From Thalia democratica (lineage: Eukaryota), in contig OZ241830.1 of NCBI GenBank assembly GCA_965202585.1, positions 44,888,001 to 44,952,000 on the forward strand: a stretch of DNA of 64,000 nt, read 5' to 3'. The position numbers were made by a program, and so were the translations under genes. The notes below the pieces were generated by a model, which ran no database searches, was not told the origin of the DNA, and saw only the letters and a program-made list of their open reading frames with translations. The number at the start of each line of letters is the position of its first letter. Positions within the stretch are counted from its first letter, which is position 1. Shown in pieces: positions 47,101 to 59,715 of the stretch.

Positions 47101-50100
47101 AGACCAATATATGATTTAGTTGCATTGTCAGTTTTTACTGTGGCCTGGTATATGACATTTTTTGCTCTACAGTTACCGCCTTTCAAAGGACATTTCTCTT
47201 TGTTTCTACAGTTACATGTTTCATCTTCATCATTCTTGTTGCAGTTTGTGAGCTTCTTGTTATGATTCTTTATGATTGTCTCAATGTTTGGCAAACAGCT
47301 GTAACTTAATTTGATGTTGTTTTTATTCAAGTATTTTTTGAATTTACTGTCTACTCCGAAGTATTTGTTTATTATTTGGAGAAATTTCTTGCCAATGTTT
47401 GCTTTTATTGATTTGCAGTATGGTGGATTAAACCATATTATTTTTCTTTTTCTTTTTCTAGGCCGTTTCTTTCCATCATCTTCATCTTTGAACTTTATTT
47501 TGTAATTATAGCCACTTAACTTTATTGCGTCATTGTAATCTTTACTTATTTCATTGAATAAATTTTCATTGCTAGAATTTTTGGAAAGTCTTTCTTCTAT
47601 AATTTTTGGGATTTGTTTCAGTATTGCTGGAGGGTGGTTGGACTTTGAATTAATATATATAATTTTGCTGTTTTCTTTTCTATATGGTTGGAATGTGTGG
47701 TTAATAATAGTTGTTAATAGTTAATAGTTTTTTTTAAACACATAAACATCAATTCTTCTCCATTTTAAAACAAAACAGTGAACTTGTACGCGGAAAGCAA
47801 ATCTTGTAGTGGTTCAAAGTGCTTCTAATAGTTGGGTAGAATTTAATTTCTTGTTACAAAACTGTTATTTTCTGCTTTAAGTATTCTAAACATGAGGTAA
47901 ATTGAAGCGCAGATTAATTTCACTTTTTTAAACTTAAAAATACCAAAATTTAATAAAAACTAATCTCAAAATTAATAGCTGATAAAGTATACAAAATTAC
48001 AACACTTAGATTTGTTAACTTTTTACAACTTTTCTTGAATATAGTAAGTAGCTTCTAAATACTAGATAAATTATTTGAAAGCTCTTTTTTTTAACTTTTT
48101 GATTTAGATTTTTTTAAATTCAACCGTGCTTTTAGGGTAAAACTGGGTGCACGACTATTCAAACTCGGACAATTTAAGTTCCGACAATTCAAATTCTTAA
48201 AAAGAAATTGAAAGGGCCACAACTTAAAAAGTAATGTATACTTTTCAAAAAAAAAAATGTAGGTCCTGTTAATATATATAAGCAATTTTTTTCTTTTTGC
48301 AAAACATTAAATATTTTTTGAGATATGACTTAAATAAAGTAAAAAAAATAGTTAATTTTAGTAATTTTAAAACATCTTGAAATTTTTTAAAGATTTTGCA
48401 TAAAAAAAAGTTGCTTGTAGATATTAATAAGATCTACATATGTATTTTTTTTTTTTAATTTTACTTTATTTATTTTACAAATTAAGTGAGATAAAGTCTT
48501 TTAAAAACTTTTTTAATAATTTGAATTGTCGGAATTTGAGTTGTCCGAATTTGAATTGTCATGTAACCGGTAAAACTAAGGGTATATTAAGGGTCATAAG
48601 GCTCAAAATAACTATAGAAGAGCTCTTTTTTTCTTATGCTAGAGCACATAAAATAAAACAGATAGGCAAACTCATATACAATTCACTTTCTAGGAACAAA
48701 GCTTTCTTTTTAAATTTTTTTCAAAACAACAAAGCTGAACCAAAAAAGTGTTCTAAACAACAATGCAATTAAGATGTATACTTAGTCTTTTTAAATAAAT
48801 TGAGTTTAATAGAAAAAACATTCAGAAGAGATTTTTTTTTTAATCTTAGTTATAGAAATTATCAAACTTTGAAAAATTTCTGTATCTTGATTAAAGAAAT
48901 AAAAAATAGTCGAGACTAACATTATATAAAAAAGATAACACAGTTCCACGGAGTTGTAAGATCCAAAACTCTACATACTTTTTATACAAAATATAACTTT
49001 GTATAAATACTTTTTAAAAACAACAGCAAAAATTACTACCTTATCTAAAATAAATCGTTAAAATCTAACAAATTAATATTATTAGTATTATGAATAAACA
49101 TCAACTTATTTTATATATTAACAAAATAAAACCTGTCTGTGGACATCAAAATAATTGAATTCGCCATAAGCTTCCCATCCTTTATCAGAAAAAACTATTT
49201 CTATATCCTCTGTTATAATAAAAAATACAGTTATATGTTATCCAAATATTTTACTTTATACTAATTTAATTTTAGTACTATTATCGTACAGAAATTTTTC
49301 TACTTTAAAATTTACGATAAGTTAAAAACAATACTATTGCTATACAATCAAATAACTTTAAGCAACAAAAATAACTTTATTTAAAATCTAAAAATAATAA
49401 TGCAATCATTTAATTAAATAAATTATAGCAGGGTTGCCAAAGGTTGATCAAAAATTTCTTCAAGGTTTTTAAAATTACAAACTTTTGGGTCTATTTTTAG
49501 TATAAAATTAAATTTAATGTAAAAACTGTCATAAATAGTATAACAACAATAAAAAATATTGTAATGCCATTTTAAATGAGTTAAAAATATAAAAGATAAA
49601 AAAATAATTTCATCTAAATGATAATTTTTTTTGTGTCAAATCAAAATTTTATTACTTTACATGGTTGTATGATTTTATCAAATTCCCAGGTTTTTTGGTA
49701 ATTTTCATTCAAAATTCTTTTTTTTTCAAAAAAAAAAGTTTTTTCCAGTTATTTAAACCTAAATAGTCAAGTTCCAGGTTTCACGGAATTCCATGTTTTT
49801 TGGCAACCCTGTTATAGTGAAAGTAAAAAAAAAGTATTGGTTTTATTATGCTTTTTTCCTAATCTTAATGAATGGTATTAAAAGAAAAACACAAGCAAAC
49901 TTAAAAACAAAACAAGAATTAAAAATAAAACTTTTTAGATTTTTTTGTATTACAGTTAAACCATTTAATTTATTGAAATGATATTTTCAATTTAAGTAAA
50001 GCAAACTTCCTGAAGTTGAGTTAAAAGATATTTATACAAACAAAAACTTCAGTAGTTACTAACCAAGCAAAGATTCCTATCGTATGAAGATAACTAATCT

Positions 50101-53100
50101 CATCGAACTAATTTAAGAATAATACCATTATCAAAATTAAAAGAGTTGCTACTATCAGGGTTCGTGCGCGAAATTTTTTTCATTTAGCCTGACTGAGAAC
50201 AATTTAGCCTGACATTTTTTCAAAGTAAGGAAAATCCCCTTTAGAAGTCAATTTAGGTATTGGTAACTACTAGATTACTACTATTGTAGTCTCTGACTTC
50301 AACCAGCTTTATCTCAAAAATATTTTGAGCATTAAAAATCTGCAAAAAGCAACTCATAGCTTAATTACAACTCAATAAAATAAGACTAAATTGTAAAAAA
50401 GGTGATTTGACCCCCTTATACCCCGTGCATTGTCGTGTTTTATTAAAATTTGAATGAAATGAAACGCTTACACGAGTATTAAGTATTAAAATAAGCAAAA
50501 ATGTTTATTATAGTATTTTGACTAATACTTAAAGTGATACATAATTATAGATCCTAAAATCGAAATAAATACAGTGATTGTTGACGTCGTATCGGATTTT
50601 AAAAGCTTACACTTAAATAAAAAAAACCTTTAATGTTTTGTTCTTGTAAAGAAAAATTAATTATACCTAAAATTTGTAATCCCACAAACTTAGTACTTAT
50701 ATCTTAAAGCTAAGTTTTAGTGTTGTGAATATCTCTTATAACTTTAAACAAACAGTAAAACAAATGAATAAACTGCTAAGAGTTTTAATCTAAAAAGTAT
50801 TTGGTATAGTGCCTTTAAGTTAGAAATTAAAACAGTGCAACTAACTAAGCTCTGAAAAACATAGCTGACGTAAACAAATTCAAACAAACAGCTAAGTTGT
50901 TGAACTAAATTGTAATGTTAAACTGTATTTTTTTTATGAAGTTTCATAATCATGACGTATATAATCTACTCAAAACAAAATAATGAAGATTCTTAAAAAC
51001 TTTTTAGATATTCAACAAAAGGTCTCAAGCATTTATATTTACATATATTGACTGATTTTGTCTTTAATAACTAAATCTTTGTTTAGAAATATATTCACAT
51101 TTCAATTTGATCTTAAAAAGATTTCTCAATTTTTTCTAATCAAAAATTTTCAAGCATTTGAACTGAGAAAAACTGAGATTCTCAAACTTTAAAATAAAAA
51201 ACTGATTTAGCCTGACGTTTTTCAACTTTTTCAAAAAAACTGATTTAGCCTGACGCGCACGAGCCCTGTACTATCCACATAATATAAAAATTACTTTAAA
51301 TATATTATAAAAAAATGATTTCCATTTTATAAGCTTAAGATTTTCATTTAAACTTTTTAGACAATATTTTGTAGTGCTGTAAGATTAAGGGACTTTTAGG
51401 TGCTATTGACTCAACAGAGTTAAAATTTTAAGATTATTGGTCATTAATTTTTACTATAAAACGCAAGTTTTGAAACTTAATCTAATTTTTAATGTTACAT
51501 CAAAATGTCGAAATTAAAAAAAAGGGCGAACAAGATTGATATTGGCTATTTAAAAATCAATAACACTAAATAAAAGCTAGTGGTCTATCGGATCCTAATG
51601 TCAAAATAAGATTCGGGTTTGGATTCGGCTTGATATTAATTAAAAAAACATCAAGATCCAATTTTTAAAATCCGGTAGGTCACAGAATATACTTAATTCG
51701 TTTTAGTTGTTTCTGTAAAAAAATATATTTGAGATTTAGAAACTTATACTGTATATTATTGAGTTCATAATGAAAAGCAAAAAAAAACATGGGCTTAGGC
51801 GTATTTTAGGTTAGTTTTCAGAGTTACACTAGATATTACGGGAAAATTTTAGAGATTTATAGGAACCGGCTGGATTCTCATTACAAAAAGAGATTCAAAT
51901 CCGGAAACTGATTCCAAAACAAAATTCGGATTCGGATCCGGCCGCATACTAATCTTTTAGATCCTAATCCTTTTTGCAATTTAATATACATGGTTCCCAC
52001 TAAAATGAAATAAAAATATTATAGGGAAACCCATAAAATATAGAAAATTTATAGGGAAATTATCAAAAAAAAAAACAATAAATTTTAAACGTTAAGAACA
52101 TATTTTTAAGGTACAGGAAGTAAAATATGTCATTAACCGTTTATAAGCACAGTTTAATAAGAAATTTACGAAAGTTCAAGGGTTTTTGAGCTCTAGTTTA
52201 AGTTAAATAAGTAAACTCTGGATAAATTGTATTAATACAAAAAAAAATTAATCCGCTAGGAGGCGCAATAAAGTTACATTACTGTACTGAGTTTGAAAAG
52301 ATATTTATTCGAAAAAAAAATGAAATTACTTTTTTATGTGTTTTTTCACCACGCACTGTTGCTGTTTACATCATGAAGTTAAGTTAAAAAAATGTTGAAC
52401 TTTTATCTTCAGCAGTCTAAATAAAACCTTTATTAATTGCTAGCTTTAAGTTTACTATTATATTTCCTTTTTTTTGCGACTAACTTCCATGCGATTTCAG
52501 TTTATTATTATAATTTTTTAAAATCTATAGTGTCTACAAAATTCTTACTTAAGTTTAGTATTACTAAGTTTGGTTTTTAATAAATCAAAAGTTTTTACAC
52601 CATAAGTTCAATACTTGATTTTGTTTTACTTAATATTATTACATTACTTCCATTTATTTTGTTCAAAAACTTTTTTCAGATTAATGTATAACAACTGATG
52701 ATCTCCTATATCCCAATATAGGAATGAAACATTGTTTTGTTGATATTAAACTGTAAATATAAAAACTATATTAAACAATTACGGTTAAAAACAGATATGT
52801 AATAGTTTTTGTAACTCAGTGTTTTTTTAACTTTTAAATATATTCTATAAAAAATCTAATAAAGCTCATGACTTTGGACAAGTAAATAAAAACCAGTAAC
52901 AATTTGAATACCTGTAAAAAGAATTTAAATGTTAAAATAAAAACATACAACTTACAATATATAAATAACCTTTTAGATCTACTTCTAAACGTTAGTTTTT
53001 AATCTACCTAAACACTATTTACAAAGCGAAACATATAAGAACCTTTTTGAACTTTGTCACATAGAAGAAAAACAGTTTCACTACCCCAACAGCTACTGTG

Positions 53101-56100
53101 TATTTTATCAATCCGACAAATTTTAAGTATTGAAGAAGATGTGGCTTCTAAAAATAAATTGTTGAATAATAAAAATATGAAATGACGTAATCTTAATCTG
53201 TCAAAAAAAACATTTTACATGAAGATCTTTTTTTCATTGGAGTTTTGAATACATTAAAAAAGAGCAGTACTTAGAAGCTCACAAAAATTTAAATAATTAC
53301 CCATTATGCAAAATAGTCTTTGCTTTATAGCTATATTTTGTGAGCGAAACACGTAAAACCATTTAAAAATTTATAATTACACAACAAACTTTTGTCATAA
53401 ATAGACTGTGAAACAACAGGCTTTAACTTTTTTTTACAGTTACCATCATCGTCTAGTAAAAAGACTTCAAAACACAGTCGTACTACGTTGAGGTCGACTT
53501 CGCTACTCAGTTGAAGATGATCAGTGTTGAATGGATTAACCTGGTTATTCAGCCTTCCTATTATTGATGACTGTATTTCACGCCGTCTCACACACTGAAT
53601 TCCTAAGTTTGGAAACCTTTTAGCAAAAATTTAAAAATCAGTTGCTTATTTTGTCATTCACTACTAACTTATAAAATAAGTTCATATTATACTTATTAGT
53701 TGTTCAATTTTTTTATCTAGATCATTGTGAAATATTCATTTCAGAAACTAAGGAGGCCATAAACTGCAAAATGGGTGGGGGCATGACTATTAAAGGGGTC
53801 ATAGGGAGAGCATAAGGCCATAATTTAAAACTTACACAAAATATTCTAGATGAAAAGCAAAAAAAATCTTAGGCGTATGTAAGGGTAGTTTTGGAACTTA
53901 CACTAAACCAGTGCTTCCCAGAATGGACTTTTTTAGAAAGTTAGGGGGATCATAAGCTGCAACAGGGGGCATACAGTCATCGAATTTAAAGATGTTGTGA
54001 CATTGTGATGAAAAAAAAAATTTTAGGTTAGTTTTTTGAGAAATCTTACTGGAGGGAGCCATTGCTTTTTTAATTTCTTTAAAGGGGCCTTATGAAAAAA
54101 AAGGGGAAACTTTGATCTAAAACAAAATAGCTTAAAGTTTAGCAAACTAATAGTATTAAAAACTTTCAAACACGAACTGATAAAAATATATAGATACAAT
54201 TAGTTGTCAATAGTCATAAAAAATTTGAGCAATCTGTTTCATGTAAAACTATATTATTACAAACATCATACAAGGATGAAAAAACTTTTACTAATTACAA
54301 TAACTATGACACATCTACGGTTGTATATATTAGAAAAGTTCAAATAATTTAATTTTATTAAACTAGTTGATGAAAATTATAACACACTATTTTACTGCTT
54401 TATTTAGAAATTATATAGACATTTTAGAAAAATTCTGCAAATTATTACAAATAAATACCATAAAAAAATTAATTATACATAATCTATTCTTTGCTATCTC
54501 ATCTAAATGTTTACACTTTACTTTATTTTTGTGTTATTAGGAAAACCACATTTACTTAAACATTATAATGTTTTTTTGCTAGTAGGCCTGAGTTTTTTGA
54601 GAAACTTTACCAAAATTTGTTGGTAGATTGTGACATTTTATTAAACTTTATAGTTATTATTACAAATAGTATTATAAAGTATTTATTATAATACATTGTG
54701 TGTTAAACAAAGTGTAGGAGCGGCATTCTAGTAGAAAATACAATATAAGATTCATAGGCTATCTAAATTCTTTTTAAATTAATCTTATTTTGAGTCATTC
54801 AAAAGCTAAAAATCAAAAGTTGAAACTATTAAAATCTTTATTAAACTATTGTATCAAAATAGAACAAGTTTAAAGAGTGATTGCTCATGTTTTAACTTTG
54901 TAGTACAATTTATATTTTGTTTCTATAACTGGTGAGCACTACTAATGAAAACTATAAAAAGAAAATTGTACACCATCTGCTTTATTTTTTCAATTTTAAA
55001 ATTGTTTTTGTTTTTCTTCTATACTCATAACCTTAATATTATATAATAAGCTATAAAAAATGAACTTTATCATAAACAATTATACATGTAATAAAGTTAG
55101 TCTAAAACCATGTAAAAATGTAAAATTAAGGAAAATTAGTTTTTTTTATATTATATAAGAAATCAAAAGTTTATTCTTAAAATTACAATTATCCAAGGTA
55201 ATCCAGTGTCTTTTTATAAAATTACAATTACTCAAGGAAATGCAGTGAAATCAAAATCTTGTAATTAAGTTTAATTTTTTTATAACTTTTATTGCTGTAA
55301 ACTTAAGTGGTGAGGTAGCACGAAATATACTTTTTGTAATTGAACTTAATTGCTATTTTATTAATGTAACAGTACAAGCATCATTGCATTAATTTTTGAA
55401 TTAATACTATAAACTAATACTTTTACTATTATAATTCAATAACTTATTTTTACAAAAAGGAATCAAGTTGACAAACAAAAAAACATGAAGTTTTTTTTAT
55501 TTTTAACGCTTTAGTTAACTGTGGTTAGCTTAACTTATTTACAGCAAACAATTTTGTATTTAAAAAAAACACAAAATTTTTTTTTATGGATTCAAACGCA
55601 TTGATTTAAATACAAGTTTTTAAACTCTATCCTCATTCTCTTTACAGAATTAAAGTTTGGCTTTAAATAACAAGAAAAATACTGACACCCCAAGCATTTT
55701 GGTGCTTTCGTCAACAGCTGTCATGCAAAAGCCATTTTTACAACCCTTGCCAACAAGTGAATGGGGATGTGGCTGCGGAGGATCATCTTTGGTTACCAAG
55801 GAAACGCGCATCAGTGCTGGTCCAAAGTAGTTTCTTATCTAAAATAATTTACATTTAAGATAAGCTTAAATTATTGCTTTATGTTACATTAGCAGACAGT
55901 ATTTTATACTTATTCAATAAAATATTTCAGAAAAAAAAACTTACTGTTTGCAGGACAAGATCTAATTAAATGTGAAAGTTTTTTTTTTCTTACTAATAAA
56001 GTATTTTTAAATGCAACCAAAAAAATACATATTTGAAAACACAGATTTATATTATGAACAGAACTTTTTTATAAAAATTCTACTAAAAGGGAAGTGCTTA

Positions 56101-56518
56101 CCTATTAAGTGCAAACTCAAAAATAAATTAACTGTAATTTAATTTAGCATTAGAATTTGTTTATTTGATGGAAAAAACTATTCTTTCTTATAATAATGAA
56201 CAAGTCATTGTTGAAAAATTTTTTTTGTTAAAATAACCAACATAGCTAAAATATAAAGATTTTATAATCTTTATCTAAATTATTATTACATTTTGTACCA
56301 ATAATTTTGTTACATTACTAAGCAGGCTATGAAAGGTAAAATGTTATTTTTCAAATATATTTTACCCCACAAGACGGCCAAGATTTTTTGTCCATGTCTG
56401 AGTTTTCTGCAAGAATGCTTCCAGCAGCTTTTCCTTCACAAGCGTATCTAAACCTCATACCTCTCTGCTGAGGTTGGTGTACTATTTCCAAATACTCAAC
56501 TTCTTCTCCTTCAATCAT
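41104..56518 (-). CDS. REL: Rel-class NF-kB transcription factor (RHD + IPT + NLS), predicted about 304 aa
   Basis: Exons (minus) 56518-56366, 55838-55687, 53616-53390, 53147-53043, 49209-49133, 43502-43364, 41165-41104, GT-AG and phase-compatible. Motifs QPQQRGMRFRYACEG, PHPHSLVGK, FPNLGIQCV, DLNVVRLCF, LKICR, FLLCDKVQKEDI, DVHRQVAIVFTTPPY, LRRPSD, basic NLS RRKRR. No p50-type RHD insertion. The last exon is less certain than the first six. Confidence 0.93.
45537..46350. mobile_element. Tc1/mariner-type MITE
   Basis: TA|CAGTATACTACCGCTTAAGTACGCA ... TGCGTACTTAAGCGGTAGTGTACTG|TA (24/25 TIR). Confidence 0.85.
46430..47720 (-). mobile_element. PLE family D, 5'-truncated (RT thumb + GIY-YIG), in Rel intron 5, same strand as Rel
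   Basis: FQPYRKENSKIIYINSKSNHPP, IIWFNPPY, KLSYSCLPN, CNCRNKEKCPL, VIYQATV..YIGLS, CRLCLKE..INKRSEVMSSCRH (ORF 46761-47330). Confidence 0.93.
46453..46496 (-). ncRNA. Degenerate hammerhead ribozyme in the PLE-D 3' UTR
   Basis: ttat-TTGAAAA-ggtcggc taag gctcacc-GAAA-c cag g-TA-ataa. Two core substitutions (C3U, G8A) and two stem II mismatches. Confidence 0.5.
48143..48570. mobile_element. MITE with GACAATTCAAATT subterminal repeats; fragment also near 26095-26155
   Basis: Inverted arms 48143-48200 and 48515-48570; TAAAA on both flanks. Confidence 0.7.
49429..49811 (-). mobile_element. MITE family M1 in Rel intron 4
   Basis: CAGGGTTGCCA / TGGCAACCCTG; perfect TTATAG on both flanks; interior reversed relative to the other copies. 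Confidence 0.85.
50156..51268. mobile_element. Non-autonomous DNA transposon with CAGGG(T/C)TCGTGCGCG TIRs
   Basis: TIRs at 50156 and 51268; perfect TACTAT on both flanks; subterminal TTTAGCCTGAC repeats at both ends. Confidence 0.85.
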
Positions 56519-57518
56519 TTTATTTGTTTTCTATATGTATTTTTGTACAAAAGTTTACCATGTAACATAGTTTACTTTTCAAAAAACATAGTTTTGTAAA
56601 CTAAAACTCTTTAAATTGTAGAATCTGATTAATTTTATTTATATTACACTTTTCAAATAGCCACTTTAGCTAAACTGTTTTAAAATAAAATAACATAAAA
56701 GCATTTATAATCATAAATTAAAATCACCTTTTCCTGGTGTATAATTGTTATATAGGTTTTAGGAGCTTTTTCTTTTACATTTAAACTATAAAAGTAGTTA
56801 TCATCGTATCAAATAAAAATGAAGAAATATCAATAAAAAACTACACATACTACTAAAATGAAATACATTCTTTACCATAGATCACTAACTATTTTTGAAT
56901 TTTTAAACAATAATATTTATCTATAATTGACATTTAAAGTACTCATTGTACCTGTATAAATAGTTTAACTTGTTTATATCTTTAAACCTAAATCTTTTAT
57001 AATACAATTAAACATGACAACTTTCAACTGAAATTTTAGTTTATGTTTGTTACTTTAAGCTTATTTTACCTTTATCTTAGTCATTTCGAGTTAAAAGTAA
57101 AATATGTTTTTAAGATGCGATATCATAGTTGTGTAAGGATAAACTGGAATTTGAGCTTTTATTGCTACAATAGAAAATAAAAGCAATAAACAGAAAATAA
57201 AACTATAATAAATTGTTGATTAATGTTTTATTGTATAACTGTTTAACTGTCTTAAAATCTTAAAAGAAAAAAAAAAGCTTAAATTTTGCAAACTTAACCA
57301 TTTTTGCCAGTTTTATATTCAAGACTCTTAACACTTTTGAGAGAGTGGTAACCTTATTATTTATTTAAGTACAACAAAATTGACAAGCACTCAATAGACT
57401 AAAATATGTAGAATTTATTAAACACAATGATTAATTTTCATCATTTTATATAAGTACTAACAAATAAACACACGTTTAAAAGTATATTTGAAAAATCAAA
57501 ATAAATAAAAAGTCAACA

Positions 57519-58486
57519 CAGTAACCTACCAACTAGTTACGCACTTTAAACATAGCACAAAAGTGCGTACTTAGGAAATGTTAGTCTTTAATTAGCTTCA
57601 TTAAGCCTAAAACAAATACTTAAAAGCCACTAAAGTTTGCATGTACAAGCGAAATCCCAAAAACAAAAAAATATCATCATAAAATAAAACATATTTATTG
57701 AAAGTAATAGGAAATTTTTAGTACTTATATAACTTATGTATTTATATACAAATTTTTATTGATGTATGTAGTTTACATTTAACCTACTTTAAAAAATCTG
57801 TCTTCTATTTCTATGTACCTTTAAGTTACATAGTACACATAATTATGTTATCACTAATTTCAAATAAATATTTATTTATGAAAACATTGATCGTGCTTTT
57901 ATTTAATTATATTTATTCAAAAACGCTAGTTTAGGGCTATAAAATTCAAAAAAAAACAACTAAAAGTATCTGTTAAACCCAAACAACAAGCTACACTGAC
58001 AGTAGTGTTTTTAAAAGCATCTAGGTTTAAATAAATCTCAACTGAAAAGTTTTTACTTTCTTTAATATCACTTTTTTATACAATTTTTACATTATTTTTC
58101 TATTTTTGGGTATTTAAGTATCGATTGAAAAGTTCTTTAATTGATCATGTATTGCTTTTTTATACTCTTTTTACATTTATGATACAATTATTGGATATGT
58201 AAACGTTAATTTCACTATTCATTATTCTTTTTAAATTAGTAAACTGTAAAATATTTGTTTTAAACATTGGAATTGATATACAGTTTGAAAGTTCATAACT
58301 TATTTTCTGAATCATTTAGTTTGAAATTATTTTTATTGAATTCAGTGCAACTTGTTTTTAAATATAATGCTTTTGCATAAAAAGTTAAAGGCTTTTTTTA
58401 TTTATTTAAATTTATTTTGAACACGGCGTTTTTTGGTTAAAAAGTGCGTACCTTACCAGCAGTTTGTACATAATTGGCAGTTTACT
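57519..58486. mobile_element. Older Tc1/mariner-type MITE
   Basis: cagtaacctaccaactagttacgcac ... gtgcgtac..aattggcagtttactg|TA; degenerate TIRs. Confidence 0.6.
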
Positions 58487-59262
58487 GTATAAAATGTTAT
58501 TTAAACTAAAATGAAAGCTATCCCATGTTTAATAAAAATAAACTGGCAAGACTTTACAATAAGAAACAATTTCAACTGATTTTGAAAAAGCTGGAGTTTT
58601 TCTAAAATTCAAAACTAGCTTGATTAGTTGCAACCAGGGGCAAAAGACATTATGAGTTATGACATTATGGAGTGTACAGAGCAACATAAACTAGTTCAAA
58701 TCCATGATATTTTACTACATTTACAAACGGGTTGTTTAATAAAATTTCGAAAACTAAAAACAGGTAGTTTTTGTTGCTTCCCACACACATCTTTAACTTC
58801 ATTATGTTTTATCATCAGTTCAACTAAATAAAATGCACTTATCAATTTAAATTTATGATCAAAGCTTGTTTTAAAACCTTTTTAACAAGTCAAGCAAGTT
58901 AAAGTTATAATTGTGAAAATTAAACGAGCACATTTTAAATAGTAATCAAAAGTTTCTATTGTAAATATTTGACTATAAAAATCATAAACTTTTAAACTAA
59001 ATTTTACATAATCTATAAGAGATTACTCTAAACATTATACAAATGTCAGGATGTTAATGGCAGTATTGTAGCAACATTTTAACAAAGGTAAATGTATTAA
59101 ATGCTAAACAATTAAATACAAAAGCTATATTAGTACTCTAAATATGATTATTGTTCAAAATATATTTTTAAAACGTTTAAAATCAACTTTTATATATTTA
59201 AAACAGTTACATAAGTTATATAACTATATGAAATGCAGTGCTCAATATATAAGAGCTTAATT

Positions 59263-59515
59263 ATTAAAAAATATTTTTTGTTCAATGATTGTGAACTTAA
59301 GTTTACGCCGTTTCACCTAGAAGGATTTTCAGAGCTTTTTTAAGTGGCAATAAAATAATTGATCACTAATTAGTTACTTTCTCATTACCTTATATTTTTA
59401 TATACATTTGTGTGCTGTGTATCATTTTATTGTCACTTAAAATAGCTCTGAAGATCCTTCTAGGTGAAACGGCGTAAGCTTACGTTGACAATCGTTGAAT
59501 AAAATATATTTTAAT
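59263..59515. repeat. Long inverted repeat (about 95-bp arms, about 65-bp spacer)
   Basis: 24-bp perfect core TTACGCCGTTTCACCTAGAAGGAT / ATCCTTCTAGGTGAAACGGCGTAA. Confidence 0.85.
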
Positions 59516-59715
59516 ATCTAAAACAGTTATATAAATATCTATCTTAAATAGCCTATAACTTTTACACACAATGTAATTCAATATTTAGACAATATTTAAA
59601 TTACATTTGTCTTGGAATCTATTTTTAATTACAACATAGAGAACTAATACCATTACAATTTTGTGAACAACAAAAAATAAACTGAACCAAAAAGTACATT
59701 TAATATTTAAAATTA

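Noticed and set aside
58628-58831. 67-aa ORF between OSGEPL1 and Rel
   Set aside because: TTG start, no recognisable motif and no supporting splice structure.
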